A stretch of DNA of 64,000 nucleotides. Source: Theionarchaea archaeon. Lineage in GTDB: Archaea > Methanobacteriota_B > Thermococci > Methanofastidiosales > SZ-28-30. Below the pieces are notes generated by a model. The model ran no database searches and had not been told where the DNA came from. It saw only the letters and a list, made by a program, of their open reading frames with translations. Of this stretch, positions 1 through 9,225 are shown in pieces. The stretch's first letter is position 1. Each line of letters begins with the position of its first letter. The translations under genes and the position numbers were made by a program. The DNA lies in the NCBI GenBank assembly GCA_018992685.1, contig JACVGT010000003.1:64001-128000 (forward strand), in the 5' to 3' direction.

Positions 1-153
1 CTGGGCCAAGAGTTGGTCCAAGGACTGCTTCTCTTCCTTCTCAGTCCTGGTTTTCAGCTCGGGGGGCCCGCAGTATGCATCAACAAATCCTTCAAAATGC
101 TTTTCAACTCTCAGAGCCAGAGTGACGTAGTCTTCTCCCCACGTGGTGGTCAT
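1..153 (-). CDS. N-terminal part of a DUF885-like protein (runs off the window start)
   Basis: Manual translation from ATG at 153: MTTTWGEDYVTLALRVEKHFEGFVDAYCGPPELK..., resembling the Y-x2-L-x-LR...G-x-VDAY-x-GP N-terminus of DUF885-annotated proteins. TTTTAA box ~28 nt upstream. Confidence 0.6.
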   Translation of the reverse strand, partial: MTTTWGEDYVTLALRVEKHFEGFVDAYCGPPELKTRTEKEEKQSLDQLLAQ

Positions 154-256
154 GGTACGACTTCCGGCACGTCCTTAAAAAGGTTGTACTTTGACCTCTC
201 GAGAGAAAGCCCCACAAAAACCAAAACTCTTATAAGTCTGATGGAGAATAACCATC

Positions 257-1570
257 ATGAACAAGGTATGTGCTCTCATCCTGTTTCTGCTCATTCCTTA
301 CCTGGCTGCATCTCAATTAGAGGTCACTTCCTTCACGTTCTCCCCACAGGAGCCTCAGCCGGGAGAACAGGTAATCCTTACAGTCCGATTGGCCAATAAG
401 AGTTATGATCAGGATATTGAGGCAACCTGCAGACTGTTTGTCAATGATGAGTTATATGATGTGAAAGTGGTTCCGGTTGGTCACCGTTCTTCCTCAGGAG
501 TTACTTTTGAGTGGATAGCTCACCCAGGAGAGCATCACTTTGCGCTTCATACATCCTACTACCAGGAACAGATAGAGTATTCTGATACCTTTCACCAGAA
601 CCTCACCGTCCCGGGATCACAGGAAGAGTATGACTACTTTTCAGAAGCAGTTTCCCTGTATAACAGTGAGAAATACCTGCAGGCAAAGGTGGTCTTCGAC
701 CAGGCACGGAAAGCATTTGAAGATAAGAATGATACAGATAATGCTGTGTTGTGCGAGGAGTACATTCTGAAATGTGAGCAGTATATTGAAGCGAATCAGT
801 GGTACACTCAGGCAGAGGAAGCATACTACCAAGAAGATTATGTCAATGCGCCAGTATACTACCAGCGGGCAATGTCATTTTATGCTCTGCTGGGCGACGG
901 AAGGGCTGCTGAATGCCAGGCACGCCTTGATGAAATAGAGGAAATTCAGAAAAAGGCCAAGGGAGAGGGATATCTCTCATATGCATTTCTGCTGTTGCCT
1001 GCAGGTGCTCTGGTGGTGGCAGTGTGGTGGCTGAGGAAAAAGAAGGGGAGTCCTGAATTGCCTGATTATGTGCCGGAAAAGAAGCTGGAAAAACGCCAGC
1101 AGAGAAGGCAGGAGAAGCCCTTGTTCAAAGATGCAGTCGAGCCCGGCATTGTCAGGACCCTTGATGCCATTGAATCACAACTGGATACGCAGAGCCCTGA
1201 TACCTTCAAGTCTTTGGTGCGAGAATTCAAAAAACAGGAACAGAAGTTCGTTCAAGAAGAGCATGGGCCGGAAGAGGCCCAGCAGATTGAGCAGAATATG
1301 GAAACCCTCAAAGACAAGATCAAGGAAAGAGGGAAGAGGCTCCAGGACATTCAAAGATTGAAGGACCTCTCCAGTTCGTGTGATGCGCTCCTCAGTGGAC
1401 CAGTAGGCAATCTTGTGGACGCATACAACCAGTACGCACGGCTGCAGAATGAACTGGACAAGATTTCCGGTACAGAGTCCCCAGAAGAGGAAGAAGTAAA
1501 AGAAAAACTGAAAGAATACTACAACTTCATTCAGGAGAAAGCAAAGTCTGAGCAATCTGAGTCGCTGTAG
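257..1570 (+). CDS. Cell-surface membrane protein: signal peptide, CARDB/Ig-like domain, TPR-like repeats, TM helix, cytoplasmic coiled coil
   Basis: 437-aa ORF with hydrophobic N-terminus, 'FSPQEPQPGEQVILTVRLAN' Ig/CARDB pattern, helical A-x3-Y repeats, and TM 'YAFLLLPAGALVVAVWWL' followed by RKKK. Confidence 0.7.
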   Translation: MNKVCALILFLLIPYLAASQLEVTSFTFSPQEPQPGEQVILTVRLANKSYDQDIEATCRLFVNDELYDVKVVPVGHRSSSGVTFEWIAHPGEHHFALHTSYYQEQIEYSDTFHQNLTVPGSQEEYDYFSEAVSLYNSEKYLQAKVVFDQARKAFEDKNDTDNAVLCEEYILKCEQYIEANQWYTQAEEAYYQEDYVNAPVYYQRAMSFYALLGDGRAAECQARLDEIEEIQKKAKGEGYLSYAFLLLPAGALVVAVWWLRKKKGSPELPDYVPEKKLEKRQQRRQEKPLFKDAVEPGIVRTLDAIESQLDTQSPDTFKSLVREFKKQEQKFVQEEHGPEEAQQIEQNMETLKDKIKERGKRLQDIQRLKDLSSSCDALLSGPVGNLVDAYNQYARLQNELDKISGTESPEEEEVKEKLKEYYNFIQEKAKSEQSESL

Positions 1571-1952
1571 CTATGAAGGACTTGCACGTTTCGTGCATGG
1601 TTTTCTCTCGGTAGTGCTGTTTTCCCTGTTCTGTGGTGACGTCTTCACCTAAGAGCTCGCAGCACACGATGGTTCCATGCACTTTTGTGAATTCGTTCAA
1701 GAATTCTTTGACCAGGGTTTCTACATGGGTTTTGGATGGGATATCCTCTGGAGTTTTCCGGCCATATACCACTCCAATGCCCATGAGAGCACCGGTCACT
1801 GCTCCACATACACTACCCATCTTCATTCCAGACCCAAATCCCTCACCAATGGCAGGGATACAGGAGCACGTCTTTCCTGCGCTCTCAGATAGGACCAGGA
1901 GCACGGATTGAGTGCAGTTAAATCCTGAATCGAAATACTCTGTCGCTTTCAT
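1527..1952 (-). CDS. C_GCAxxG_C_C family putative redox-active protein
   Basis: Motifs NCTQSV, CGAVTGA, VCCELLG and a C-terminal Cys. Confidence 0.88.
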   Translation of the reverse strand: MKATEYFDSGFNCTQSVLLVLSESAGKTCSCIPAIGEGFGSGMKMGSVCGAVTGALMGIGVVYGRKTPEDIPSKTHVETLVKEFLNEFTKVHGTIVCCELLGEDVTTEQGKQHYREKTMHETCKSFIATATQIAQTLLSPE

Positions 1953-2722
1953 GGGTACACCTTCAGATCTTCAATGGAGACCACAATGGAGGACCCTGTC
2001 ACAGTGTGATGAACCGAGACAAGCCCACCACAGGTTCCTCCGTGCGGGAGAAGAGTGTCTCGCTGCCACCTGCCTGCATTCTCGCCATCATACAGCAGAT
2101 CATCCTTGAGGTACAGCCAGTTTGTCTCACAGTTCTGAGACCCGGAAAAGACGAATAGGGTGGCTGTCTTTGAAATGAAAATGAACAGACGGCGGTTTTC
2201 ATAATCCAGATAGTACAACGTTTCGGGGAGGAAAGCACTGGTGGGGATGAGTATGTCTGTGTCCTGTATCAGGTATTCGACTTTATGCATACCCACAATA
2301 GTCTCATCTGTGATCTGCTGGTAGATGCGGGTCAGAGAATCGGATTCTTGAAAGTGCACGTACACCTCAGAGCCCATGTGGACGTAAATGGCGGGATAGT
2401 AGGAGAAATGGAACGTGTCAAAGATTGCCAGGTTTTCTTGCCTGCTGACCCAGATGATATCGAGATGGTATGTCTCATAGAGTTCTTCCACAAGGGGCTT
2501 TACCGTCTCGCAGGTTGAGCAGGTAGGACTGTACAAATACAGTACCACAGGAGAGAATTGATCCATCAATTCCAGGATCTGTGCATCAGTGAGGTCTTTG
2601 TACACGCGAGGCCCACTGGATGGTTGGGGTGTTGACGATGGCGTACTTGATTCAGATGGCCCAGGAGTCTGTCCAATACAGCCTGCAGCCAGCAGCAGGA
2701 GAATGATCCATCCACGCTTCAT
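1949..2722 (-). CDS. Thioredoxin-fold lipoprotein
   Basis: Start moved to MKRG behind SD GGAGGTGA. Lipobox LLAAGCIG, Ser/Pro/Thr linker, CSTC motif and cis-Pro 'YYPAIY'. Confidence 0.75.
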   Translation of the reverse strand: MKRGWIILLLLAAGCIGQTPGPSESSTPSSTPQPSSGPRVYKDLTDAQILELMDQFSPVVLYLYSPTCSTCETVKPLVEELYETYHLDIIWVSRQENLAIFDTFHFSYYPAIYVHMGSEVYVHFQESDSLTRIYQQITDETIVGMHKVEYLIQDTDILIPTSAFLPETLYYLDYENRRLFIFISKTATLFVFSGSQNCETNWLYLKDDLLYDGENAGRWQRDTLLPHGGTCGGLVSVHHTVTGSSIVVSIEDLKVYP

Positions 2723-2822
2723 ATGTAGAACCATCACCTCCACATTTAAAAAGGTGTGGATTTCCCGGTTCACGGAACTGCGCACCACAGGTCCTTACCT
2801 ACCTGGCAGGCGCGGAGGAGAG

Positions 2823-3620
2823 TTACTCTCCATACCTCCTTCTTCTCTTCTGAAATTCCCGGATGATTCTGAGAAAGTCCACTTTTCTGAAGGCAGGGAA
2901 GTATATGTCACAGAAGAATAGTTCTGAGTATGCAGCCTGAAACAGGAGAAAATTGCTCAGCCTGACTTCTCCCCCTGTTCTGATAATCAGGTCAGGATCA
3001 GGTCCTGCTCTGTACAAGTGTTCCTTTATGACTTTTTCTGTAATATCGTTCACCCTGAATCCGCCCTCAGTTATCTTCTTCGCCACCTTCTTGAAAGCCT
3101 CAATAATTTCCAGCCGGCCCCCATAGGCGATGCACACGTTAAAGAACTGGTTATCATAGTTCTGGGTTGCTTCTTCTGCAGTTTGGATGGCTTTTCTGAC
3201 TTTTTCAGGAAGAAGGCTCAGATTGCCCAGGGCCCGTATGCGGATTCTGTTCCGGTGTATCCTCTCATCCTCGGCAATTTCGTAAAATTTTTTTTCAAAA
3301 AGGTCCATCAAATGGTTAACTTCCTTCTTGGATCGGTTGAAGTTCTCTGTAGAAAAAGCATACACGGTGATTTCTTTGATCCGCAGCTCACTGCACCAAT
3401 CCAGAATCTCTTCGATCTTATAGGCCCCTTGCTGATGTCCCTTCAGGGTCAATACTCCAATTTCCCTGGCGAACCGCCTGTTTCCATCCATAATGATGCC
3501 AATGTGTTTCGGGATGGTCCCCTTGTGAATTTCATCAATGAGATGCGCTTCATATATGTAATACACAGGGCGCATAAGGAATGAAGGAATGTGTGAATAA
3601 AGGAAAGATTTCAAATGCAT
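2823..3620 (-). CDS. uppS: Polyprenyl (undecaprenyl-type) diphosphate synthase, cis-prenyltransferase
   Basis: Motifs HIGIIMDGNRR, YAFSTENFNR, YGGR, DPDLIIRTGGEVRLSNFL and RRRYG. Confidence 0.96.
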   Translation of the reverse strand: MHLKSFLYSHIPSFLMRPVYYIYEAHLIDEIHKGTIPKHIGIIMDGNRRFAREIGVLTLKGHQQGAYKIEEILDWCSELRIKEITVYAFSTENFNRSKKEVNHLMDLFEKKFYEIAEDERIHRNRIRIRALGNLSLLPEKVRKAIQTAEEATQNYDNQFFNVCIAYGGRLEIIEAFKKVAKKITEGGFRVNDITEKVIKEHLYRAGPDPDLIIRTGGEVRLSNFLLFQAAYSELFFCDIYFPAFRKVDFLRIIREFQKRRRRYGE

Positions 3621-3722
3621 GCTGAAACGTTACCTATTCCTTTTTTATATAGTTTATCATGGAACGCTGTATTTAGTGAAAGTTCACTACACATTTCTGT
3701 GTAATCAGACACCTGCAGGAAT

Positions 3723-4277
3723 TCATCTGTCCGCGACTCCGGAACCCCAGGGGGCATCACACGTATCTCTGAATGCAATATCAGAAACAGGTTTTCGGTC
3801 TTTTGGCTTGGGGTCTTCAGCCGGGTACCCTGCGGTCACCAGTGCTACAACCACTGCTTTCTTGGGAAGGTTCAGTGTTTTCTTGACTCTCTCTTCTGAG
3901 AACCAGCCAATCCAGCATGTCCCAAGCCCTCGTGCATGTGCTGCAAGCAGCAGATATGTCACTGCATTGGACACATCGGAGACCTGCCACTTCTTCAGGA
4001 CGATGGAGGGAGTATACCATGCAACAAAAACCACAGGAGCTTCTCCGATTTGCTTGCTGAAAGGAATGATAGCATCGCGCAATCCGCCTCTCAGGCTCGC
4101 TTTCTTTTTCTGGTCTCTTACCACTACAAATCGCCAGGGTTGATTATTGCTGGAAGAAGGTGCCCATCTGACTGTTTCCAGGAGTTCTTCAATGAGCCTG
4201 TCTGGTACAGGCTTGTCCAGATACGACCGGATACTTCTCCTTGTCTTCAGTCCTTCAATGAGGGTTATGTCCTTCAT
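3723..4277 (-). CDS. Nitroreductase family protein
   Basis: Motifs RRSIRSY, APSSSNNQPWRF and GLGTCWIG. Start after GGTGA SD. Confidence 0.93.
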   Translation of the reverse strand: MKDITLIEGLKTRRSIRSYLDKPVPDRLIEELLETVRWAPSSSNNQPWRFVVVRDQKKKASLRGGLRDAIIPFSKQIGEAPVVFVAWYTPSIVLKKWQVSDVSNAVTYLLLAAHARGLGTCWIGWFSEERVKKTLNLPKKAVVVALVTAGYPAEDPKPKDRKPVSDIAFRDTCDAPWGSGVADR

Positions 4278-4282
4278 TTGAA

Positions 4283-5083
4283 TCACCACGTTCTATTTGA
4301 ACGGTGGTAGTGAAATAGATAGTGGTTGGCATATCCTGCATAGGGGCCGAAGTACTGCCTGCCAAAGGTCCCTGCATCCACCGAAGGACTGTACAGCTGC
4401 GTGATGCATGCCTTGATATGAGTGTCACAGGGAAATGCTTCCAGATTGTCCAAGGAAAACAGGAGAACACAGTCTGCCACTTTCTGGCCCACGCCTGGAA
4501 GCTGAAGCAGCGCCTTCTTGGCCTCCTGGTACGGCATCGTTCTCAGATCATGAAGGGCGAATCCATCAGCTACCGCCTGCGCTGTCTTCTGCACGTACAC
4601 GTCTCTGTAGCCCAGCCCGCATGTCCGGAGTACATCAAGAGGTGCATCAGCCAGAGCCTCAGGTGATGGAAACTCATATCCTCTATGGGAGGGCAGAGGC
4701 CTGCCAAACGTCCTGCACAGTGTCTCAACAATCTGCCTGATACGGGGAACGTTGTTAAAGGATGAGCAGATAAAGGAAATGAGACACTCCCACGGGTCCT
4801 GACGGATCAGACGGAGCCCATACAATGCGGTTATTGCCTTGTGCATGTGACGATCTTTGTCAATAGCAGAAATGATGAGGTCCAGGTCATCATCCAGTCT
4901 GAAGTACCATGTCAGGAAATTTTCATCGCAGGTACAGTGGGTACCTTCATTTTCAAAGAGGCGAATGAATTCTCCTCTGACAATCCCCTCCCAGGTTCCA
5001 TTGAGGTTCTGCCACCTGAACACCTGCCCGGAATTCAGCGTGTGATGAAGGTTCAGTGGCTGGGAAAGATGGACAGTGTGCAT
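4283..5083 (-). CDS. ogg: 8-oxoguanine DNA glycosylase/AP lyase, OGG1-type (HhH-GPD)
   Basis: Motifs TLNSGQVFRW, RQDPWECLISFICS-NN, GLGYR, HhH LPGVGQKVADC (catalytic Lys) and FPCDTH (catalytic Asp). Confidence 0.92.
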   Translation of the reverse strand: MHTVHLSQPLNLHHTLNSGQVFRWQNLNGTWEGIVRGEFIRLFENEGTHCTCDENFLTWYFRLDDDLDLIISAIDKDRHMHKAITALYGLRLIRQDPWECLISFICSSFNNVPRIRQIVETLCRTFGRPLPSHRGYEFPSPEALADAPLDVLRTCGLGYRDVYVQKTAQAVADGFALHDLRTMPYQEAKKALLQLPGVGQKVADCVLLFSLDNLEAFPCDTHIKACITQLYSPSVDAGTFGRQYFGPYAGYANHYLFHYHRSNRTW

Positions 5084-5137
5084 TGCGCCTGGTAGTGACC
5101 TGAACTTTTAAGCATTTCACCCATCCTTCCGGCCGGT

Positions 5138-6706
5138 CTATCTGTTCCGGGGGTTCTTCCTCACGAGATCATAGACGATCACGGCACATGCAGCCAATAG
5201 AATTCCATACACCAGCTCAGTTCTGAGGACAGCACGGGGAATAACTCCTGTCTTTTTCGTCGGAGCCCTGTACAGTTCCCATTTTTCAGTCTCTCCGATC
5301 TTTATGAGCTGGGAAGGTGCCTGTCTGCCCCGTGGCAAGACAAAAACAGACGCAGATTTTGGATCTGGCTCGTAATCAGATGAAACCTCCTGCCACATTC
5401 CCAGAGTCTGAGGTCTACCTGTGGCAGCAGTGACCAGGCATCCCATCATTCCGCTGGGAATAAAGACAATCTCGTCTTCCCGAGAGTTCTTCTCGATAAT
5501 CTGTACCATTGCCAGGTTTTCCGGATTCAGATAGGAATCTGAGGGCAATTTAAGGAGTATGAGGAACAGTGACGGAATTCTGAGAGTGATACGTGATTGC
5601 GGTCTCTGATCTACTGGGGGCCGTCCTTCCTGGATTGAGAGGCGAGGTGCACTCTCCCCTCTCGGGATTCCGGAGTCGACAGTTCCTGCACCTCCTATCC
5701 CTCTATTCAGGTCTCTTCCTCCCATCATGCCTACAGTTGGTGCAACCAGAGTTAGCACCAGTAATGAAGCCACCACAAGGAAACTCCTCTTTCCCGGTGA
5801 AACCAACCCCTCAAGGTGGGACAGAAAAATCCCGGAAAGCATGGAAAGAGGAAGCAGTGCGTGGCCAGTGAATCGTCCCGCATACGACATGGCTATGGGT
5901 GCCATGCATACCAGAATACACACAGGAATCAGGAACTCACCTCTCTTCTTTATGCATATGACACTTCCCAGCACTCCCAACAACCAGGGAGCGACGAGTA
6001 CCAGCACTCTGGAACTGGGAGAATTCGCAGATAGACTGCTCAGATTTGTCACAATGTGGAGGAGCCACGGTATATAGAGAATTAGAGAACCTCCTGCGAC
6101 CTTGATACCAGCGAGAGCCTTCTTACTCACTACACTGTACAACAGGAGGGCACAGACCACAATGGGCGCCATGCTGATGTGCGTATACAGACAGCCAGCC
6201 AGGACCACCACTGCTGCAAGGTATTTCCCTCTGTCAAACCAGTAGAACAAGAGAGGCACAGCCACGAGAACCAGGCCAGCAGCCGATGTGACAGACTGCA
6301 GATTGAAATATTCATAACAGGACGACAAGACCAGCACAGAATAAAAAGCGGTTCGAGGGGAGTAGATTTCTCTGGAAAACCACCACAGCGTCCCCAGAGA
6401 TGCAGGAAACATTATGAAACTGGTAATTCGAGAAACAGTTGCAATATTCGAAACTTCTGAGAAAAGCATCATGATGACATGGAGCAGCGGGGGGTATAGA
6501 TGGGGCCTTCCCAGGGGGGCAAACTCCCAGAAATCCCACAGAACGATTCCCCCAGCTTTCTCGAAAGAGACTGCAACTGAGGCATGGTAGTAGATGTCAA
6601 CAAAAACTGGATACAGATCCCATCGCGCAACAAGCAGCACACAGATGGCTCCTATTATACCTGCAGACAGCAGGTCATAGATGCGAGAGTCCTTGGCAGC
6701 TGTCAC
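5138..6706 (-). CDS. Multi-pass membrane protein, GT-C-like glycosyltransferase candidate
   Basis: About 10 hydrophobic segments. First-loop 'VDIYYH...G...WD...GRPHLYPPLLH' pattern is typical of GT-C-fold proteins. Confidence 0.6.
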   Translation of the reverse strand: MTAAKDSRIYDLLSAGIIGAICVLLVARWDLYPVFVDIYYHASVAVSFEKAGGIVLWDFWEFAPLGRPHLYPPLLHVIMMLFSEVSNIATVSRITSFIMFPASLGTLWWFSREIYSPRTAFYSVLVLSSCYEYFNLQSVTSAAGLVLVAVPLLFYWFDRGKYLAAVVVLAGCLYTHISMAPIVVCALLLYSVVSKKALAGIKVAGGSLILYIPWLLHIVTNLSSLSANSPSSRVLVLVAPWLLGVLGSVICIKKRGEFLIPVCILVCMAPIAMSYAGRFTGHALLPLSMLSGIFLSHLEGLVSPGKRSFLVVASLLVLTLVAPTVGMMGGRDLNRGIGGAGTVDSGIPRGESAPRLSIQEGRPPVDQRPQSRITLRIPSLFLILLKLPSDSYLNPENLAMVQIIEKNSREDEIVFIPSGMMGCLVTAATGRPQTLGMWQEVSSDYEPDPKSASVFVLPRGRQAPSQLIKIGETEKWELYRAPTKKTGVIPRAVLRTELVYGILLAACAVIVYDLVRKNPRNR

Positions 6707-6952
6707 CTTCCCCTTCTGGACATCTCTATTAATAAATGTTCAGGTTGCTCTGGGCTCTCGCTATTCTTCACGACCTCAAATCGCGATTCAGTGGCAATCA
6801 ATCCTGAAAGCTCCTCCATCTTTGTGAGCCGCCCATCTTCTCCCATTCTCACGCCACTGAGTCTGTTTCTCAGGGCAATCTCACAGTATGCCCACACCAT
6901 CTTCCACGAACCCTCAAACATCCCTTCTTCTCCCTCTAACTAGCATAAATAA

Positions 6953-6968
6953 CCGAAAGCTTTATATA
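6953..6968 (+). promoter_or_regulatory. BRE/TATA promoter driving the putative ncRNA
   Basis: CCGAAAGC-TTTATATA matches archaeal BRE+TATA, with predicted TSS ~6991. Confidence 0.7.
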
Positions 6969-6990
6969 GTGTTGTTAATCAATATTACAT

Positions 6991-7091
6991 AGCAATCTTC
7001 GGAGGTGTTACCAGGATTGCGACTCTGATTTCCAGGGGTTGGGGTTTCTCCTAACACGAGAAAAGGGTCCCAGGAAGCCCCAACCTTTTTT
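6991..7091 (+). ncRNA. Putative ~100-nt structured non-coding RNA of unknown family
   Basis: Own TATA box, hairpin GCAATCTT/AGGATTGC, long stem GGTTGGGGTTTC/GAAGCCCCAACC ending in T6, and no credible ORF. The next gene has a separate TATA box. Confidence 0.55.
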
Positions 7092-7129
7092 GAAAAAAGT
7101 ATTTAAGTTATAAGAGAGGAGAGAAACAG

Positions 7130-7543
7130 ATGAAATATATCTGGTTGGTAGCAGTATTCATCGGGATTGCAGGTATTTTCCTGGGATTCCAGCGCTATCA
7201 AGTAGACCACACAGAAGCTTTTGGAATGTATCCGTGTTTTCTGTGTGCAGCAGTGGATCCCGAGATGGACGTGATGGTATTTTCTGCTGTAGAATGCCCA
7301 TCATGCGATCTTGCAGTGGAACGGGTATTGCGGTTCTGCAGGCTGACGGGAATTCAGTACCGGGGTGCTTACTATGACGACTCACAGGAGACAGGTGCAG
7401 TCCTGCAGGAGCTGGGATTGGAGAAGAGAACAGATTTTCTGGTGGTAGTCTTTCACAGGGGAGTCATTATAGGAACCAGTACCAGTGCTGGTGCAGTAGA
7501 GGAGTACCTCTCTGACATAGCAAAGGAGGTGGCCCGGCTGTGA
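7130..7543 (+). CDS. Membrane-anchored small thioredoxin-like protein with two CxxC motifs
   Basis: N-terminal TM helix, CFLC and CPSC motifs. Overlaps the next gene (GTGA). Confidence 0.65.
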   Translation: MKYIWLVAVFIGIAGIFLGFQRYQVDHTEAFGMYPCFLCAAVDPEMDVMVFSAVECPSCDLAVERVLRFCRLTGIQYRGAYYDDSQETGAVLQELGLEKRTDFLVVVFHRGVIIGTSTSAGAVEEYLSDIAKEVARL

Positions 7544-9225
7544 CGTACAAGGCTCCTCGGAGACTTGCCCAGCTTCTGACAATCATTGTGGTGAGTACTG
7601 GGGCTGTGGGTATTACGTTGTACTTTGTGGTGGTGCCTTTTCTGTATGCTCCCTACCAGTATTCTTCTGTTTCCGATCCACTAAGGATTCTGCAGTTTTA
7701 CATACTGGAGAACGCTATCCCATGGTTTCCCCTGGGGATTCTAGTCCTGGTATTCGCCATTTTTGGTCGGTTTTTTTGTGGGTGGGCCTGTCCTTTTGGA
7801 TTCTTCCAGGACATTGTCCACGTGTTTCGAGGCATAGATCTCCCCAGATCACTGCACAGTGTCATGACAAACGTGAAGTACGGTGTGCTGGTGGGAGTGT
7901 TTGCGGTGTGCTACTACACGGGAACTCCCTACTTTGATCGAATCAACCCTTTTGGTACGCTGGTAGCTGCAATTCCCCGCATGCTGGTGGTGGGATTTGC
8001 TGTGGACACCTGGATTATCATCCGGCTGACCATATTCTTCTTACTACTGATTTCATTTCTGTTTGTACACCGGTTCTGGTGCCGGTATTTATGTCCGGTG
8101 GGAGCCATGGCCGCAATCTTCAACAAGATTTCCCCCTTTCACCTCCAGTTTGATCCCTCTCGATGCTCACGGTGTGAGGACTGTCTTGAGGTCTGTCCCA
8201 CACGGGTGAACATTTTTGAAGTGGCCCGCAAGAGACCAGCAGAATGTATTCTATGTGGTGATTGCGCAGATGCTTGTTCTCAGCAGGCGCTGTCGTTGTC
8301 ATTTTCTGAAAAGGTTGTTATTGAGAGATACATTTCTCCTGAGGAATCATATGGACCATTGCACTATCCTCTTCCCCCCACACAGTATCCACAGAGAGGC
8401 TATCCTCCAGAGGGAGAGGACAAACCCATTTCTGACGTGAGTTTGAGAAAACTGAGGGGAATCAAAGGGAGGATCATCTGTTTTTATGAAAAAGAGAAAG
8501 AGATCCCCGCGTACCTCAAAGAGATTGAGAACCTTCCCAACATACAGAGCTGGCTGGTCAACATGCAGGAAAGCATCAACCTTGTCCAGCACTATCTACT
8601 CAAAGGACCTGCCTTATATATCAATGGACGAGTCTACACCGGGGACATGGGGGAGGATGCAGTGGTGTCCTACATGGTGAAAGACTATTTCATGCTGAAA
8701 AGGCTGAACCTTGTCTTCGATACCTCACGCTGCAGGCCCTGCAAAACCAGAGATTGCATGAATGTGTGCGAGAGAATAGACGTCACATTTGAATCCAGAA
8801 TCGAAGTTCATCCTCTGGCTGAGATGGACTGCTTTGCCTGCGGCGAATGTATTGTGGCCTGCAAGAGGGGGGGAGTGGGATTGGTTTATGGAGAACCCAA
8901 GATCAACTTTGAATTGAACCTTGCTCATCTTGAATCCCTCCAGGAGAAATTGCTGGAAACAGAACCCATGACCTTGAAAGCCTTCATTGAAAGAGATTCT
9001 GTACACTGCAATAAGGTCATTACCATGATGGCTGCTCTTGCTTTCCTGTCCAGAGGAAGAATCAGCTTTGAGCTAATCGATGCCCTAGAAGAACCTGAGA
9101 GGGCGAAAATTCACGAAATTAATTTCCTGCCAACGATTGTGGTGGGGCAATTCAAGACCCTGGGAGTCCCCACAGAGGGATCGCTGGTGCTCCTGATTAG
9201 AAGAAATGCAAGGTGGAAGGCATGA
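7540..9225 (+). CDS. NapH/MauN-type membrane polyferredoxin with extra ferredoxin and thioredoxin-fold domains
   Basis: CGWACP and CRYLCP motifs, 2x[4Fe-4S] (CSRCEDCLEVCP, CILCGDCADAC), further Cys clusters, and a C-terminal Trx-like domain. Confidence 0.8.
   Translation: MTYKAPRRLAQLLTIIVVSTGAVGITLYFVVVPFLYAPYQYSSVSDPLRILQFYILENAIPWFPLGILVLVFAIFGRFFCGWACPFGFFQDIVHVFRGIDLPRSLHSVMTNVKYGVLVGVFAVCYYTGTPYFDRINPFGTLVAAIPRMLVVGFAVDTWIIIRLTIFFLLLISFLFVHRFWCRYLCPVGAMAAIFNKISPFHLQFDPSRCSRCEDCLEVCPTRVNIFEVARKRPAECILCGDCADACSQQALSLSFSEKVVIERYISPEESYGPLHYPLPPTQYPQRGYPPEGEDKPISDVSLRKLRGIKGRIICFYEKEKEIPAYLKEIENLPNIQSWLVNMQESINLVQHYLLKGPALYINGRVYTGDMGEDAVVSYMVKDYFMLKRLNLVFDTSRCRPCKTRDCMNVCERIDVTFESRIEVHPLAEMDCFACGECIVACKRGGVGLVYGEPKINFELNLAHLESLQEKLLETEPMTLKAFIERDSVHCNKVITMMAALAFLSRGRISFELIDALEEPERAKIHEINFLPTIVVGQFKTLGVPTEGSLVLLIRRNARWKA

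Noticed and set aside
6703-6921. 72-aa minus-strand ORF
   Set aside because: It has no recognisable motif and runs through the apparent TATA box of the downstream membrane-protein gene.
7050-7081. Resemblance of CCTAACAC...GGTCCC..AAGCCC to the twister ribozyme core
   Set aside because: The matching P2 strand and the GAGGG pseudoknot partner could not be placed in any permutation by eye, so it is treated as coincidental pending an Rfam scan.
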